Below are positions 1-12,245 of a DNA stretch of 64,000 nt, piece after piece. Below the pieces are notes generated by a model. It was not told where the DNA came from. It did no database searches and saw only the letters and a list, made by a program, of their open reading frames with translations. This stretch comes from Acidobacteriota bacterium (GTDB lineage Bacteria > Acidobacteriota > Thermoanaerobaculia > Multivoradales > UBA5704), in NCBI GenBank assembly GCA_040005235.1, contig JBDTZG010000006.1:64001-128000 (forward strand), given 5' to 3'. The position numbers were made by a program, and so were the translations under genes. Numbering within the stretch: position 1 is the first letter of the stretch; every line of letters starts with the position of its first letter.

Positions 1-1697
<1,697 letters not shown>

Positions 1698-1770
1698 AAT
1701 GTGCCTCCTCGCGGCGTCTTCGGGGAGCGGATCATCGGGCCTCTAGTAAGCGGTTGCGGGAATCAAGGCG

Positions 1771-3606
1771 TCAGCGCGAAGGGTCGCCCGCACTCATCCG
1801 AGAACTTCGGGAATGCAGGGAGCGGGCCAACCTCGTCTTCTCGGCGAGGAGCCTCTCCAAGCGAACGTGATCCCCAGCGCGCTCGGCCCGAAGGACATCG
1901 CTCGCCAGATCTTTGAGCCGCTGCTGCTGCCAACGGCGTACCAGTTTTTCGAGGGACCCGGAAAGCCCAGGCTTTCCAGGGGTAACGGAGCCTTCTATCA
2001 CGATTTGAGACAGGCGGGCAATTGCCCGATCATCGGGTTCCAGCTCGGCGCGCACCGAGCGAACATCCGGGGGGGAGCCAATGCTCCGGCCGTATAAAGC
2101 AACGAACGCACGGAAAATATTCCGGCATTCGGCATCGAGAAACGCCTCGGGCTCCGGAAGCTCGGAAACCGGCGGCAATCCGTCTCCCGAGAGCAGGAAT
2201 TCGAGCACCTGCTCCTCGGTGGTCCGCACCAGACGGGCGACGTGGAGCTCCGGCTCGGCCGGGCCGCCCGCGCCGCCCGCTCGGGGCGATTCGCCCCGGT
2301 TCGGGGGGGGCTCGGCCCCCATCCGCCGCGACATCAGCTCGACCGGCACTTGAATCCTCTCCGCGGCGACCCGGGCGTAGCTCCAGCGCAAAATCGCATC
2401 CGGGATCGGGCGGAGCAGCTCGGCCACCGCGGCTGCCGCTTTGGCCTGTTCTCGCGGCTCGTGCGCGCTTTCGGCCGGGGCGATCCGCTCCAGCTCGGCG
2501 ATCACGCCGTCGGGAGCCTCGGCGATCGCTGCGGCCACCGCCTCCGGCCCTTGGGCCTGGCGCAGAGAATCGGGATCGTGCCCTTCGGGGAAGCGCGCAC
2601 GGCGCACGGCGAGCCCTTCGGAAAGCAGCAACGGCAGCGCCCGGCGGAAGGCGTTTTCCCCGGCGTTGTCCCCGTCGTAGGCGATCACCGCCTCTTCCGC
2701 ATAGCGCTTCAAGAGCTTCGCCTGCTCGGGGGTTAAAGCGGTGCCCATCCCCGCCACCGCTCCTTCCAAACCGCAAGCGACGGCGCCAAGGACGTCGAAA
2801 TACCCTTCGACCAAGATCGCCTTGCCGGTTTCACGGATCGCCCGCTTCGCCTGGTCCAGGCCGTAAAGCAGCGTCCCCTTATGAAAGCTTGCGGTCTCCG
2901 CGGTGTTCACGTACTTCGCCTTGTCGTCCCCTAAGGTCCGGCCGCCGAAACCGACCAGGCGTCCCGCTGCGTTCCTGATCGGGAACATCAGACGGTTGCG
3001 GAACCGGTCGTAGGGGTCTCCCCCTTGCCGTTCGGCACTCCGTTCCGGCCGGGTGATCAGGCCGGAGGCTTCGAGGTCGCCCGTGGGGATCTTGTTGCGC
3101 AGGGCTTCGAACAGGCCGCGCCACCCCTCGGGTGCGTAGCCCAGGCCGAAGCGCTCGATCAGCGCGGGCGGAATGCCCCGCTTTTCGAGGTACCCCCCGG
3201 CAAAAGAGGAGCGCTTCAGCTGATCGACGAAATACCCCTGGGCGGCGGTGAGCGCCCCTTCGAGGTCTCGCTCGTCCCGGCCGCCCCGCCGCTCCGGCGC
3301 CGCGGGAAGCGAAATTCCATAGCGGCGGGCGAGCGACTCGATCGCGGCCGGAAAGTCGTCGCCCGAAAGCAGCATGTGGAGTTTGATCGCGTCGCCGCCC
3401 TGGCCGCAGCCGAAGCAGTAGAACAGCCCCGGGCCGGGATCGACCCCGAACGAGGGGCTTTTCTCTTTGTGCAGCGGGCAGAGACCCTGATACCTCTTCC
3501 CGGCCTTCTGCAGCCGGGTATGGTCCGAGGCGACGCTCAGGATGTCCGCCGCGTCGCGGACCGCCTGGATCAGCTGCGGGGTCAGATGTACGTTGCCGAG
3601 GGCCAT
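1771..3606 (-). CDS. dnaG: DNA primase
   Basis: CHC2 zinc finger (CPLH...FYCFGC), DRFRNRLMFPI, GFGGR, KYVNT, Toprim LVEGYFDV and YDGDNAG; ATG 3606 chosen over the upstream ORF extension. Confidence 0.97.
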   Translation of the reverse strand: MALGNVHLTPQLIQAVRDAADILSVASDHTRLQKAGKRYQGLCPLHKEKSPSFGVDPGPGLFYCFGCGQGGDAIKLHMLLSGDDFPAAIESLARRYGISLPAAPERRGGRDERDLEGALTAAQGYFVDQLKRSSFAGGYLEKRGIPPALIERFGLGYAPEGWRGLFEALRNKIPTGDLEASGLITRPERSAERQGGDPYDRFRNRLMFPIRNAAGRLVGFGGRTLGDDKAKYVNTAETASFHKGTLLYGLDQAKRAIRETGKAILVEGYFDVLGAVACGLEGAVAGMGTALTPEQAKLLKRYAEEAVIAYDGDNAGENAFRRALPLLLSEGLAVRRARFPEGHDPDSLRQAQGPEAVAAAIAEAPDGVIAELERIAPAESAHEPREQAKAAAAVAELLRPIPDAILRWSYARVAAERIQVPVELMSRRMGAEPPPNRGESPRAGGAGGPAEPELHVARLVRTTEEQVLEFLLSGDGLPPVSELPEPEAFLDAECRNIFRAFVALYGRSIGSPPDVRSVRAELEPDDRAIARLSQIVIEGSVTPGKPGLSGSLEKLVRRWQQQRLKDLASDVLRAERAGDHVRLERLLAEKTRLARSLHSRSSRMSAGDPSR

Positions 3607-3846
3607 GGGTCGGGTTCTAGGGTCTGGAGTCGTTGTCGATTTGAGACGCCTGCGGGCGACCGATTTCCTGTCATCGGTAAAATCTGCCCGCGGGATACCT
3701 CTTGGAGTGCGCATCGGCTCTTAATTGAGGACGCGACATCGAGCCTCGGAGCGCGCCGCACCAAGGCGCCCCGGCCCAAAGCTCCACTCAAGACTTAGAA
3801 CGTTCGGCCGCGCAATTCCGTTCCTCATTCCACCTATAAGGCGCGA

Positions 3847-6420
3847 TCAGGCGTTCCGGAGAGTCACGACGGTCGCGCCGTTGCCGCCCTCTTCCGGATC
3901 GCCCGGCCGAAGGTTCGCGACCGCCCGGTGGCTGCGCAGGTGCTCCCGGACCGCCTGGCGGAGCTTTCCCGAGCCGTGGCCGTGGACCACCCGGATCTCC
4001 TTGTGAGGGCCGCGAACGGCATGGTCCAGGTAGGCGTCGAGCTGTTCGAGGGCGGATTCCACCCGTTGGCCGATCAGGTGCAGCTCCGGAGGGGTCGAGG
4101 CGCTCTCCTCGGCATCGCGCGAGCTGCCGCGCACTCCGCCCAGCCCTCCCGGCACGGCGCGCGGCCCGCGGACCCCTCGAACGCTCCCTTCCACCCGGCC
4201 CGCGCGATCCCCTGCGACAAACGCCTCCGCCTTGGCCGGTCCGTCGCTCCCGGGGGCCAGCGCGCCCAGCTCTTCGGCTCGGCAGCGGACCCTCTTGCCG
4301 TGGACGGAGACTTCCGCCCGGCCACCTTCGAGTTTTTCGAGCTTTCCCTGCCAACCGAGACCCAGATGGCGCACCAGGCCGCCGACCTGGAGAGGTCCGG
4401 ACGGCGCCTCGGGCTCCTCGACCAGCTCCGGCGCCTCGGCGAACAGGCGCTCGGCGGCCTCTACCTCCAGGCCGCGGCGTTTGCCCTGCTCGAACCGCTC
4501 GCGGATGCGCTCGACCTCCTCGCGCAGCTTTGCCGAGGTCTCGCGCCGGAAGGCGTCGAGGTCGCCCTTCAATTTCTTCCCTACGGTCTTCCGTTCTTCC
4601 GTTGCGGCGGCCAGCTCCTCGGCCAGCCTACGGCGGAGCTTTTCGGCGTCCGCGCGCTCGGTCTCCAGCTCGGAGCGCGTCTCGGCCAGCACTTGCCGGG
4701 CCCTCTCGACCTCGACCAGCAGGCGGCGCAGATCGCGGTGCTCGGAGCCGAGCCGGGCCTCCGCCCGGTCTAGCCACTCGGCCGGCAGGCCAAGGCGGCG
4801 CGCCAAGGCGATCGCCTCGCTCCCTCCCGGAGGTCCTGGCACCAAACGGAACGTCGGCCGGCCGGTTTGCGGATCGAACTCCATCGCCGCACACGAGGCG
4901 CCGCCGGTTTCGAGCGCCGAGGCGGCGAGCTGCGTCAGGTGGGTGGTGATGACGGCGAGGGTCTTCTTCTGCGCCAAGCTTTCGAGCAGCGAGGTCGAGA
5001 GCGCGGCCCCCTCTTCCGGGTCGGTGCCGGAGCCCAGCTCGTCGAGCAGCACCAAACTGTTCGGGCCGGCGGCCTCCCAGGCTTCTTTCAATCGCAGCAG
5101 CCGGCCGGAAAACGTCGAGCGGTCGGCGAGCAAATCCTGCTCGTCGCCCACGGTCGCCACCAGGCGGGAGAGGAACGGCACTCGGCTGCCCGGTGCGGCC
5201 GGAATCAGCAGGCCGCAAAGGGCCGAGGCGGCAAGCAGGCCGGCGGTCTTCAAAGCGACCGTTTTTCCGCCCGCGTTCGGGCCGGTGATCACCAGAATGC
5301 GGCGCTCGCCCATCAACGACAGATCGAGCGGTACGATCGTCCCGCCGTGTCCCGCCTGCCCAAGCGCCTCGCGCCGCGCCTCGGACAGGCGCGAATCGAG
5401 CAGCGGGTGGCGCGCGGAGAGGAGGATCAACTCGGGGGAGTAAGACGAAGAGGCCCCTGCCCCCGGGCCGATCTCGGGCAGCTGGGCCTCGGCGACCCCG
5501 GCATAGCGCAACGCGGCCTGGAGCAGGTCGAGCTCGGCGACGAAATCCGCGATGCCGCCCGGGCCGGAAATCGCGGGAAGCTCCGCCCGCGCCGCGGCGA
5601 TCAGCTCGTTCAAGATCCGCCGACGCTCAGATTCCTCGTCTTCGACCGACTGCTGCAGCTCGTTGTTCGACTCGACGACCTCGATCGGCTCGAAATAGAA
5701 GCTCTTGCCGGTACCCGACCGGCCATGGATCAAACCGCCGCTCCGGCCCTTGGCGCCCGCGTCGAGCATCAGGACCAGCCGTCCGCCGCGCAGAGGAATC
5801 GTCTCCTCCGACAGCTCGGTCCGATGGTTCTGGACGTAGCCGCCCAGCTCGGAATAGAGCTGATCCCGTACCCGGCGGATCTGCTTGCGCAACGCCGCGA
5901 GCTTCGGGCTCGCGTCTTCCCGCACCTCGCCCCGCCGGTCGAGCGCGCGGTCGATCTTCGACAGCAGCTGTTGCAGGTCGGGCACTCGAAGCGCGAGCTT
6001 GAGGAGAGCTGGGCAGAACTCCGCGCCGCGAATCCGCGACGCCGCCAGGCGCGAAGCGCGCAGCAGATCGGCCAGCCGGACGAGATCCAGGCCCTGCATG
6101 GGAGGCCGGCCGGTCACCAAGCGCTCGACCAGCTCGCCCACCGGAACGTCGAAATCGGGGACCAGAGGACCCAACCCCAACAGCCGGCCGGCCTCCTCGA
6201 TCCGCCGCCGCTGGGCGAGCAAGGGCTCCTCTTCCGTGAACGGAGCGAGCGCGAGCACCCGCTCCCGTCCCAAGTCGGTCGAGGCGAAATGGGCGACCAC
6301 TGCGAGCAGAGAAGGCAGCTCCAACGCCAAGGCGGTCGCCTCGGACAGGACGGAGTTCTCCCCGCCGGGCTCGCCGGGACTTTCGTCGTCGAAATCGTCG
6401 AAGTCGGGGGGCTGGTTCAT
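3847..6420 (-). CDS. mutS2: MutS2 family endonuclease / ribosome-collision factor with C-terminal Smr domain
   Basis: ITGPNAGGKT Walker A, STFSG, LLDELGSGTDPEEGAAL, TTH, coiled coil, KOW-like segment, Smr VVHGHGSGKLR...GGNGATVV; start placed at 6420 because 6461-6500 is a terminator. Confidence 0.93.
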   Translation of the reverse strand: MNQPPDFDDFDDESPGEPGGENSVLSEATALALELPSLLAVVAHFASTDLGRERVLALAPFTEEEPLLAQRRRIEEAGRLLGLGPLVPDFDVPVGELVERLVTGRPPMQGLDLVRLADLLRASRLAASRIRGAEFCPALLKLALRVPDLQQLLSKIDRALDRRGEVREDASPKLAALRKQIRRVRDQLYSELGGYVQNHRTELSEETIPLRGGRLVLMLDAGAKGRSGGLIHGRSGTGKSFYFEPIEVVESNNELQQSVEDEESERRRILNELIAAARAELPAISGPGGIADFVAELDLLQAALRYAGVAEAQLPEIGPGAGASSSYSPELILLSARHPLLDSRLSEARREALGQAGHGGTIVPLDLSLMGERRILVITGPNAGGKTVALKTAGLLAASALCGLLIPAAPGSRVPFLSRLVATVGDEQDLLADRSTFSGRLLRLKEAWEAAGPNSLVLLDELGSGTDPEEGAALSTSLLESLAQKKTLAVITTHLTQLAASALETGGASCAAMEFDPQTGRPTFRLVPGPPGGSEAIALARRLGLPAEWLDRAEARLGSEHRDLRRLLVEVERARQVLAETRSELETERADAEKLRRRLAEELAAATEERKTVGKKLKGDLDAFRRETSAKLREEVERIRERFEQGKRRGLEVEAAERLFAEAPELVEEPEAPSGPLQVGGLVRHLGLGWQGKLEKLEGGRAEVSVHGKRVRCRAEELGALAPGSDGPAKAEAFVAGDRAGRVEGSVRGVRGPRAVPGGLGGVRGSSRDAEESASTPPELHLIGQRVESALEQLDAYLDHAVRGPHKEIRVVHGHGSGKLRQAVREHLRSHRAVANLRPGDPEEGGNGATVVTLRNA

Positions 6421-6460
6421 CACGGGCTCTTCGGTGATTAGGTTCAACAGGTTGGGGTCA

Positions 6461-6500
6461 AAAGAAAAGCGGGAGCGGGGTAACAACCCCTCTCCCGCTT
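6461..6500 (-). terminator. Intrinsic terminator downstream of rpsU
   Basis: Inverted repeat aagcgggagcggggt/acccctctcccgctt followed by a T-rich tract on the minus strand. Confidence 0.75.
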
Positions 6501-6540
6501 ACAAGTGCTGCCGGTGTCGCGAGGCGTCAACCTCAGCGGA

Positions 6541-6750
6541 TCAGGACAGTCCCTGGCGCCGCTCCTCGACCAACTTGCGCGCTTGCTTTTTGCGCGCTTG
6601 GATGGTCTTCCTCTTGCGCTTGACGGAGGGCTTCTCGAAGTGCTGCCGCTTGCGCAGCTCGGTCAGAATGCCGGACTTTTCGATCTTCCGCTTGAAACGG
6701 CGGAGGGCATTCTCGAAGCTCTCTTCTTCACGCACATGCACGACGGGCAT
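6541..6750 (-). CDS. rpsU: 30S ribosomal protein bS21
   Basis: [48 protein letters not shown]. Confidence 0.98.
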   Translation of the reverse strand: MPVVHVREEESFENALRRFKRKIEKSGILTELRKRQHFEKPSVKRKRKTIQARKKQARKLVEERRQGLS

Positions 6751-6847
6751 CCGAAATCACCTCTCTTCTGGCGCGACTCGATGGGTCAGTCGGAAGGCGA
6801 CGTTCGGCAAACAAAGAACGGCCTACCCGCCCATGGCGCGAATCTCC

Positions 6848-6877
6848 ATCATCTCAGGGTGGGGCGGGGGAGGTCAA
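6848..6877 (-). promoter_or_regulatory. Putative sigma70 promoter of rpsU
   Basis: Minus strand TTGACC-N18-GATGAT with a TG extended -10. Confidence 0.5.
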
Positions 6878-6913
6878 GGGGTACGTTGTGCTTCGGAAGG
6901 GGATCTCTGTGGG

Positions 6914-7345
6914 TCAGGTTCGTACTTTCGTCGGCTTGCGCAAAGTCTTTCGGGGCAGGGATCGCCGGACGAGCCTGCGAACTCTACGTGCTACCGCCAC
7001 CGCGCGGCGAGCTGCGGGGAGTGAAATCTCCTCCCAACCGGGATATCGGGCGCTGGTTGCATACTCCGTCAACCGCACCTGCTCCTCGGCGCTCAGGTCA
7101 GGTCTGAGCTCGGCCGGCATGAGCGACCACAGCCTTTCGAGGTCATGGGTCTTGGGGAAGTCAATTCCTTCCAAGACAAGAACCGCCTTCAGGTACTTCT
7201 CCACACATTGCTGGGCGTGAAAACAAACCGTGTCCGTAGGGCAGCTCGCCCCAAGGGTAAGAGTGTGAGCGGCATTCGCGAGGTCGTTGTCCGCCTTCAA
7301 CAGCCAATCTCTGCAGACGCCGATCCGCAGCTCACGGTCGGGCAT
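6914..7345 (-). CDS. HEPN domain protein (MNT-HEPN pair)
   Basis: WLLKADNDL...CFHAQQCVEKYLKA...PKTHDL...RYPG; overlaps the upstream MNT gene. Confidence 0.88.
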   Translation of the reverse strand: MPDRELRIGVCRDWLLKADNDLANAAHTLTLGASCPTDTVCFHAQQCVEKYLKAVLVLEGIDFPKTHDLERLWSLMPAELRPDLSAEEQVRLTEYATSARYPGWEEISLPAARRAVAVARRVRRLVRRSLPRKTLRKPTKVRT

Positions 7346-7646
7346 AGAGTACCTTGCCCTCCAGCGATGCAGGTCGTTCGATGGTCCCGGGGATCTCCTG
7401 TCGCCACCGGAATTCCTCTGGACTCGTTACCACGATGTCCTTCGGGACAGGGATGCCCTGTAGAGCAAGCCGGATCTCTATCTGCTTTTCCCGCTTGGAA
7501 CCGAGAAACGGCATCACGACAAGCAGATCGACGTCGCTATCGGGGCCTTCTTCGCCACGGGCGTACGAACCGAAAAGAATGATCTTCTCGGGGTGAAAGC
7601 CGCTGACGATGCGGCGCACCATCTGCTGGATCTCGCTTCTGGCCAT
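7332..7646 (-). CDS. Minimal nucleotidyltransferase (MNT)
   Basis: PEKIILFGSYARGEEGPDSDVDLLVV (GSx10DxD), C-terminal EGKVLY. Confidence 0.92.
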   Translation of the reverse strand: MARSEIQQMVRRIVSGFHPEKIILFGSYARGEEGPDSDVDLLVVMPFLGSKREKQIEIRLALQGIPVPKDIVVTSPEEFRWRQEIPGTIERPASLEGKVLYARP

Positions 7647-7811
7647 GGTGTCCATCCTGACCGAGTCGGCTGGGGAAGTGTCTCCGCACGTTACGTCATG
7701 TTACGACGCCGGCAGCACCTTCGCCAGCGTCTCGGATCAGACCATGAGGGGAAGGGCTTGGCGCCTGGGCGTTTCATTGTAGGCTTTCGGCAGGAGGCGG
7801 CTGAGAGACTC

Positions 7812-8201
7812 ATGACCCGGACCTCGATTTCAAGTACCGATCTGGCAAACGAGACGCAGGAAGTGGTCGGTCGAGTGCAATCCGGCGAGGTGGCGGTCGT
7901 CGAGACCGCTGGACGGGAATTGGCCGTCCTTTTGGACCCGGTTGATTTTCGCCTCCACCAGGCGCTCGCCCATTGCGCGACCGAGGATCGAGAACGCCTC
8001 GGGCCAAGCGATCCCGACGTTGAGGCGCTGCGGGCCTATTTGGCGGAAGAGATCAGCCTCGGGAAGACTGCCGACCTCCTGGGCCTTTCGCGATTCGAGC
8101 TTCAAGACCGTTTTTTTCGCCTCGGTGTGCCCTTGCGCCTCGGGCCAGCGACGATCGAGGAAGCACGGGCCGAGGTCGCAGCAGCTTTGAAGATTGATTA
8201 A
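7812..8201 (+). CDS. Phd/YefM-like N-terminal domain fused to a UPF0175-like HTH antitoxin domain
   Basis: ISSTDLANETQEVVGRVQSGEVAVVETAGRELAVLL (Phd-like); YLAEEISLGKTADLLGLSRFELQDRFFRLGVP (UPF0175-like); CAGGAGG upstream. Confidence 0.7.
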   Translation: MTRTSISSTDLANETQEVVGRVQSGEVAVVETAGRELAVLLDPVDFRLHQALAHCATEDRERLGPSDPDVEALRAYLAEEISLGKTADLLGLSRFELQDRFFRLGVPLRLGPATIEEARAEVAAALKID

Positions 8202-8220
8202 GCGTATCGAAGCCCGGTTT

Positions 8221-9021
8221 ATGACGAAACGTTCCACCATCCTCACCCTCCTGGTCCTCGCGCTCGCCGCCGTGAGCGCCCTGCTCGGTTTCCTCGCCCT
8301 GCGCGCCCGCTGGCAGAGTACGGCGGGCGCCACCCCCGTCCAGCGCGGCCGGAAGGTCGCCGAGCGGATGGGCTGCTTCGCCTGTCACGGACCGGGCGGA
8401 GAGCGTGGCATCCCGAACCCGGGCGCGCAGGGCGAAACCGTTCCGGAGTGGAGCGGCGGCACCTGGATGATGTGGAACGACAAGGAGGAAGATACCCGCG
8501 CCTGGATCCTCGACGGCCATCCGCCAGGCCGCAAGCCCGATGAGGCGGCGCTTCTCCGCATGCCCGCCTACCGCGGCCTCCTCTCCGAACGGGAACTGGC
8601 GGACCTTTCGTCCTACGTGCAGACCGTCTCCGCCGCGGGAGGCCCCGACGATCCCCAAGAGATCGAAGGCATGAATCAAGCCCAGGCGCTCGGCTGTTTT
8701 GGCTGCCACGGGCCTGAAGGGCGTGGCCTGGTCGAGAACCCCCGCTCCTTCAAAGGCTACGTGCCCCCCTGGGACGGCGCCGACTTCACCGAGCTGGTCG
8801 CCAACGAAGCCGAGTTTCGGCAATGGGTTCGGAACGGAACCTCGAGTCGGATGAAGCAAAATCCCGCCGCCCAGGTGTTTCTCAAGCGCCAGCCGATCAA
8901 GATGCCCGCCTTCGGCCCGAAGGCGACCGATGGCGATCTCGCGGCTCTTTGGGTCTATGTGCAGTGGGTGAGGACACACCCGCGGACCGGGATGGCTGGG
9001 GCGGAGTCGAAAGCGGGTTAA
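8221..9021 (+). CDS. Membrane-anchored di-heme c-type cytochrome
   Basis: N-terminal TM; two CxxCH motifs (CFACH, CFGCH), each with a distal MPA(Y/F) ligand; internally duplicated. Confidence 0.88.
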   Translation: MTKRSTILTLLVLALAAVSALLGFLALRARWQSTAGATPVQRGRKVAERMGCFACHGPGGERGIPNPGAQGETVPEWSGGTWMMWNDKEEDTRAWILDGHPPGRKPDEAALLRMPAYRGLLSERELADLSSYVQTVSAAGGPDDPQEIEGMNQAQALGCFGCHGPEGRGLVENPRSFKGYVPPWDGADFTELVANEAEFRQWVRNGTSSRMKQNPAAQVFLKRQPIKMPAFGPKATDGDLAALWVYVQWVRTHPRTGMAGAESKAG

Positions 9022-9060
9022 AGAGCGAGCGTGGTAGGTTAACCCGGAGTGCTGTGAGCC

Positions 9061-9408
9061 ATGCAGCCTGTGCCCCTAGATACCCAACCGACGCGTCTTC
9101 CGCCGACTTCGGAGTCTCTCCTCGACGACTCCCAGAGGCCGTATTTTCTCTGGTGGACGAACGCCACGGCGGGGGATCTCAAGGTGCATCTTGTGGCCGA
9201 CGACCCGGAGGAGCGCGCCTATTGGATGGGTGCCTTGCTCCGCGAAGCCAACACCCGCGACGTCTGGCTCTTCACAACTCCTGATGCCATCAAAGCCCTT
9301 TGGCCAAGGCTGATTCGCTATCTCGGACGCTCCCGGGACATGTGGGCCTGGCTTCTGGAGCTTCCGAAACCCGAATGGCCGCCGCTTAGCCAAATCCGTG
9401 CCGAGTAG
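9061..9408 (+). CDS. Hypothetical protein, antitoxin-like (RPYFLW...LLREA..RDVW type)
   Basis: Compact Trp-rich ORF; resembles small genes recalled upstream of AbiEii-type nucleotidyltransferases (not verified). Confidence 0.6.
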   Translation: MQPVPLDTQPTRLPPTSESLLDDSQRPYFLWWTNATAGDLKVHLVADDPEERAYWMGALLREANTRDVWLFTTPDAIKALWPRLIRYLGRSRDMWAWLLELPKPEWPPLSQIRAE

Positions 9409-9465
9409 GCGCAAGACGTTTGATCGACGACTGTTCTAAACGCTTAAGGCATTAGGGAGCCCCCC

Positions 9466-10290
9466 TCACCGCTCCTCCCGCCCCCCACCCCCCGAAAGCC
9501 GATGCGCCAGCAAAATCGGTAACGTCGTCACCGCGATCACGAACAGGGCGGTCACGTTGGTCACCGGCCGATCGCGCGGGCGGGTGAGCTGGTCGAGAAT
9601 CCAGATCGGCAGGGTCCGCTGCTGGCCCGCGGTGAAGGTGGTGACGATCACTTCGTCGAAGGAGAGGGAGAAGGCGAGCATCCCTCCGGCAAGGAGCGCG
9701 GTGGCGAGGCTTGGGAGGACGATCCGGCGGAAGGTTTGGAAAGTGTCGGCTCCCAGATCCATCGAGGCTTCGATTTGGGAGCGGCCGGTGCGCCGGAGGC
9801 GGGCTGCGACGTTGTTGTAGACGGTGACGATGCAGAACGTTCCGTGGCCGGCGACGATGGTCCAGAAGCTGAAAGGGAGTCCGGTGAGCGCGAGGCCTGA
9901 TCGTAGTGCGATGCCGGTGACGATGCCGGGGAGCGCGATCGGCAGGATCACCAGCAGAGTGACCATCTCGCGTCCGGCGAAGCGGCCTCGGACCACGGCG
10001 AGAGCGGCGAGTGTTCCTAGAACCACGGCAACCGCCGTCGAGACCGCCGCGACGCGGAGCGAGAGGGAAAACGCCTGCCACAGATCGGCGCGCTCCCAAG
10101 CTACGCTGAACCAGCGGAGGGTGAGGCCGGGGGGCGGAAAGCTGAGCGTCGCTTCGTCGGTGGTGAAGGCGTAGAGGAAGACCACGAGCAGCGGCAGGTG
10201 GAGGAAGAGGATCGCGCCGAGGGCCGCGAGCTTTAGGCCGAGCGGGGCGCGTTCTCCAGCTCCCGATTTGGATCTGGCGCTAGAGAGCAT
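9466..10290 (-). CDS. potC: Polyamine ABC transporter permease (PotC/YdcV-like)
   Basis: [11 protein letters not shown] loop, [13 protein letters not shown], multiple TM segments. Confidence 0.88.
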   Translation of the reverse strand: MLSSARSKSGAGERAPLGLKLAALGAILFLHLPLLVVFLYAFTTDEATLSFPPPGLTLRWFSVAWERADLWQAFSLSLRVAAVSTAVAVVLGTLAALAVVRGRFAGREMVTLLVILPIALPGIVTGIALRSGLALTGLPFSFWTIVAGHGTFCIVTVYNNVAARLRRTGRSQIEASMDLGADTFQTFRRIVLPSLATALLAGGMLAFSLSFDEVIVTTFTAGQQRTLPIWILDQLTRPRDRPVTNVTALFVIAVTTLPILLAHRLSGGGGREER

Positions 10291-11185
10291 CGAACGCTCC
10301 CAGCCGCCGCGCCCAGGCGAGGTAGGCGGCCATGATCAACATGGGCACCACGGTCATTGCGGCAGCGAGCGGGACGTTTCCCGCCGTGCCCTGGTGTCGG
10401 AGGACGGCCTGGCCGATGAACAGGCTCGAATCGCCGATCGTGCCGGGGATGATGAAATCGCCGAGAGTGAGCGAAAACGTGAAGATCGAGCCTGCGATTA
10501 CGCCGGGGAGGGCGAGCGGCAGCGTCACCTTGCGAAAGGTTTTTCCCGGTGGAGCGCCGAGATCGGCGGAGGCTTCGAGCAACGATTTCGGCACCCGTTC
10601 GAGCGCCGCCTGGATCGGCAGGATCATGTACGGGAGCCAAATGTAGAGGAAGACCAGGAAGCGGCCGAGAGTTGAGAACGAGAGCGACGGACCGCCGATT
10701 CCGGGGATCGCGAGCACCGCATCGAGCACGCGGCCCAACCCTGCGGCGGAGAAGAACCAGGAGAGGATCCCCTCTTTCGCCAGGATCAATTTCCAAGAAT
10801 AGACGCGCACGATGTAGCTCGACCAGAGCGGCAGGATAACCCCGAGGTAGAGCAGCGATCGCACCCGGCCGCGGGCGTAGCGCGCCATGTAATAGGCGAG
10901 CGGGAAGGAGAGCAGGGCGGCGGCGATCGTCACTGTGGCGGCCATCAGGGTCGTGCGGCGGAAAATGTCGAGATTCGCCGGAGTGAAGAGCTGCGCGTAG
11001 GTGGCGAAGGAGAAACTCCGCACCACCTGGCCGGTGAACTCGTCGACGTGGAAAAAGCTCTGGACCAAGAGCGCGGCGAGGGAACCGAGGTAGACGACGC
11101 CCAGCCAGAGCAGCGGCGGACCGAGCAGCAGACCGAGCGCCCAGCGTGGATGGCGGAATAGAAAGTTGGCGGCGCGGCGGAGCAT
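10280..11185 (-). CDS. potB: Polyamine ABC transporter permease (PotB/YdcU-like)
   Basis: [32 protein letters not shown]. Confidence 0.88.
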   Translation of the reverse strand: MLRRAANFLFRHPRWALGLLLGPPLLWLGVVYLGSLAALLVQSFFHVDEFTGQVVRSFSFATYAQLFTPANLDIFRRTTLMAATVTIAAALLSFPLAYYMARYARGRVRSLLYLGVILPLWSSYIVRVYSWKLILAKEGILSWFFSAAGLGRVLDAVLAIPGIGGPSLSFSTLGRFLVFLYIWLPYMILPIQAALERVPKSLLEASADLGAPPGKTFRKVTLPLALPGVIAGSIFTFSLTLGDFIIPGTIGDSSLFIGQAVLRHQGTAGNVPLAAAMTVVPMLIMAAYLAWARRLGAFDAL

Positions 11186-11198
11186 TTTCGGTTCCCGA

Positions 11199-12245
11199 TC
11201 ACCCGACAAGCGCGCGAATCGCGGAGGGTTCCCAGGCGAGCCGGACCCGCCTCCCCTGAGCGCAGGCGGCATCCGCCGCATCCGCGTCGAGGTTCTGCGC
11301 CACCACGGCCAACTCGCCGCCCTCGTCGAGTTCGACCGTGTAACGGGTGTGCATGCCGAGGTAGACCGCCTCGCGGATCGATCCTGTTGCGCTCGCCTCG
11401 CCCGGTCCGGCGGAAGCTTCGGGCGCAAGCAGGCGGATCCGCTCCGGACGAATCGCCGCGGGACCGGGCGTACCCGTCAGCCGCTGGGCTAGATCCCCAA
11501 GCAGCAGGTTCGTGGTGCCGACGAAACCGGCGACGAACACCGTCCTCGGCCGTTCGTAGACCTCGGCGGGAGTGCCCACCTGCTCGACGCGCCCCTGGTT
11601 GAAGACCGCCAGGCGATCGGACATCGCGAGCGCCTCTTCCTGGTCATGGGTGACGAACAGAAAGGTGATCCCCACCTGGCGCTGGATCGCTTTCAGCTCC
11701 GTCTGCATCTGTTGCCGAAGCTTCAAATCCAAAGCGCCGAGCGGCTCGTCGAGCAGCAGAACGCGCGGCCGGTTGATCAGGGCGCGGGCGAGCGCCACCC
11801 TTTGACGTTGCCCGCCGGAAAGCTGCGCCGGTTTCCGCGCGCCATAGTCGGGCAGACAGACCAGGTCGAGCGCCTCGGCCACCCGGCGACGGATCTCGGG
11901 TTTCGCCACCTTCTTGATCGTCAGGCCATAGGCGACGTTGTCCGCCACCGAAAGGTGAGGGAACAGCGCGTAGTCCTGGAAGACCGTGTTGACGTCCCGT
12001 TCGTAGGGAGGCAGATCGGTGACGTCGCGGCCGTGCAGCTCGACCCGGCCGGCGGTCGGCCGTTCGAATCCGGCGAGCATGCGCAGGCAGGTGGTCTTGC
12101 CCGAGCCTGAGGGGCCGAGCATCGCGAAGAACTCGCCGTCGGCGATTTCGAGCGAGACGCCGTCCACCGCGCGCACCTCGCCGAAATGACGCGAGACGTC
12201 GACGAACCGAACGGCCATCGCGGCCATCGCGGCCATCGCGGTCAT
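11199..12245 (-). CDS. potA: Polyamine ABC transporter ATP-binding subunit (PotA/YdcT-like)
   Basis: [42 protein letters not shown]-terminal TOBE; exact start ambiguous. Confidence 0.9.
   Translation of the reverse strand: MTAMAAMAAMAVRFVDVSRHFGEVRAVDGVSLEIADGEFFAMLGPSGSGKTTCLRMLAGFERPTAGRVELHGRDVTDLPPYERDVNTVFQDYALFPHLSVADNVAYGLTIKKVAKPEIRRRVAEALDLVCLPDYGARKPAQLSGGQRQRVALARALINRPRVLLLDEPLGALDLKLRQQMQTELKAIQRQVGITFLFVTHDQEEALAMSDRLAVFNQGRVEQVGTPAEVYERPRTVFVAGFVGTTNLLLGDLAQRLTGTPGPAAIRPERIRLLAPEASAGPGEASATGSIREAVYLGMHTRYTVELDEGGELAVVAQNLDADAADAACAQGRRVRLAWEPSAIRALVG

Noticed and set aside
6914-9408. Mobile element or prophage remnant around the TA island
   Set aside because: No integrase, transposase, terminal repeats or target duplication seen.
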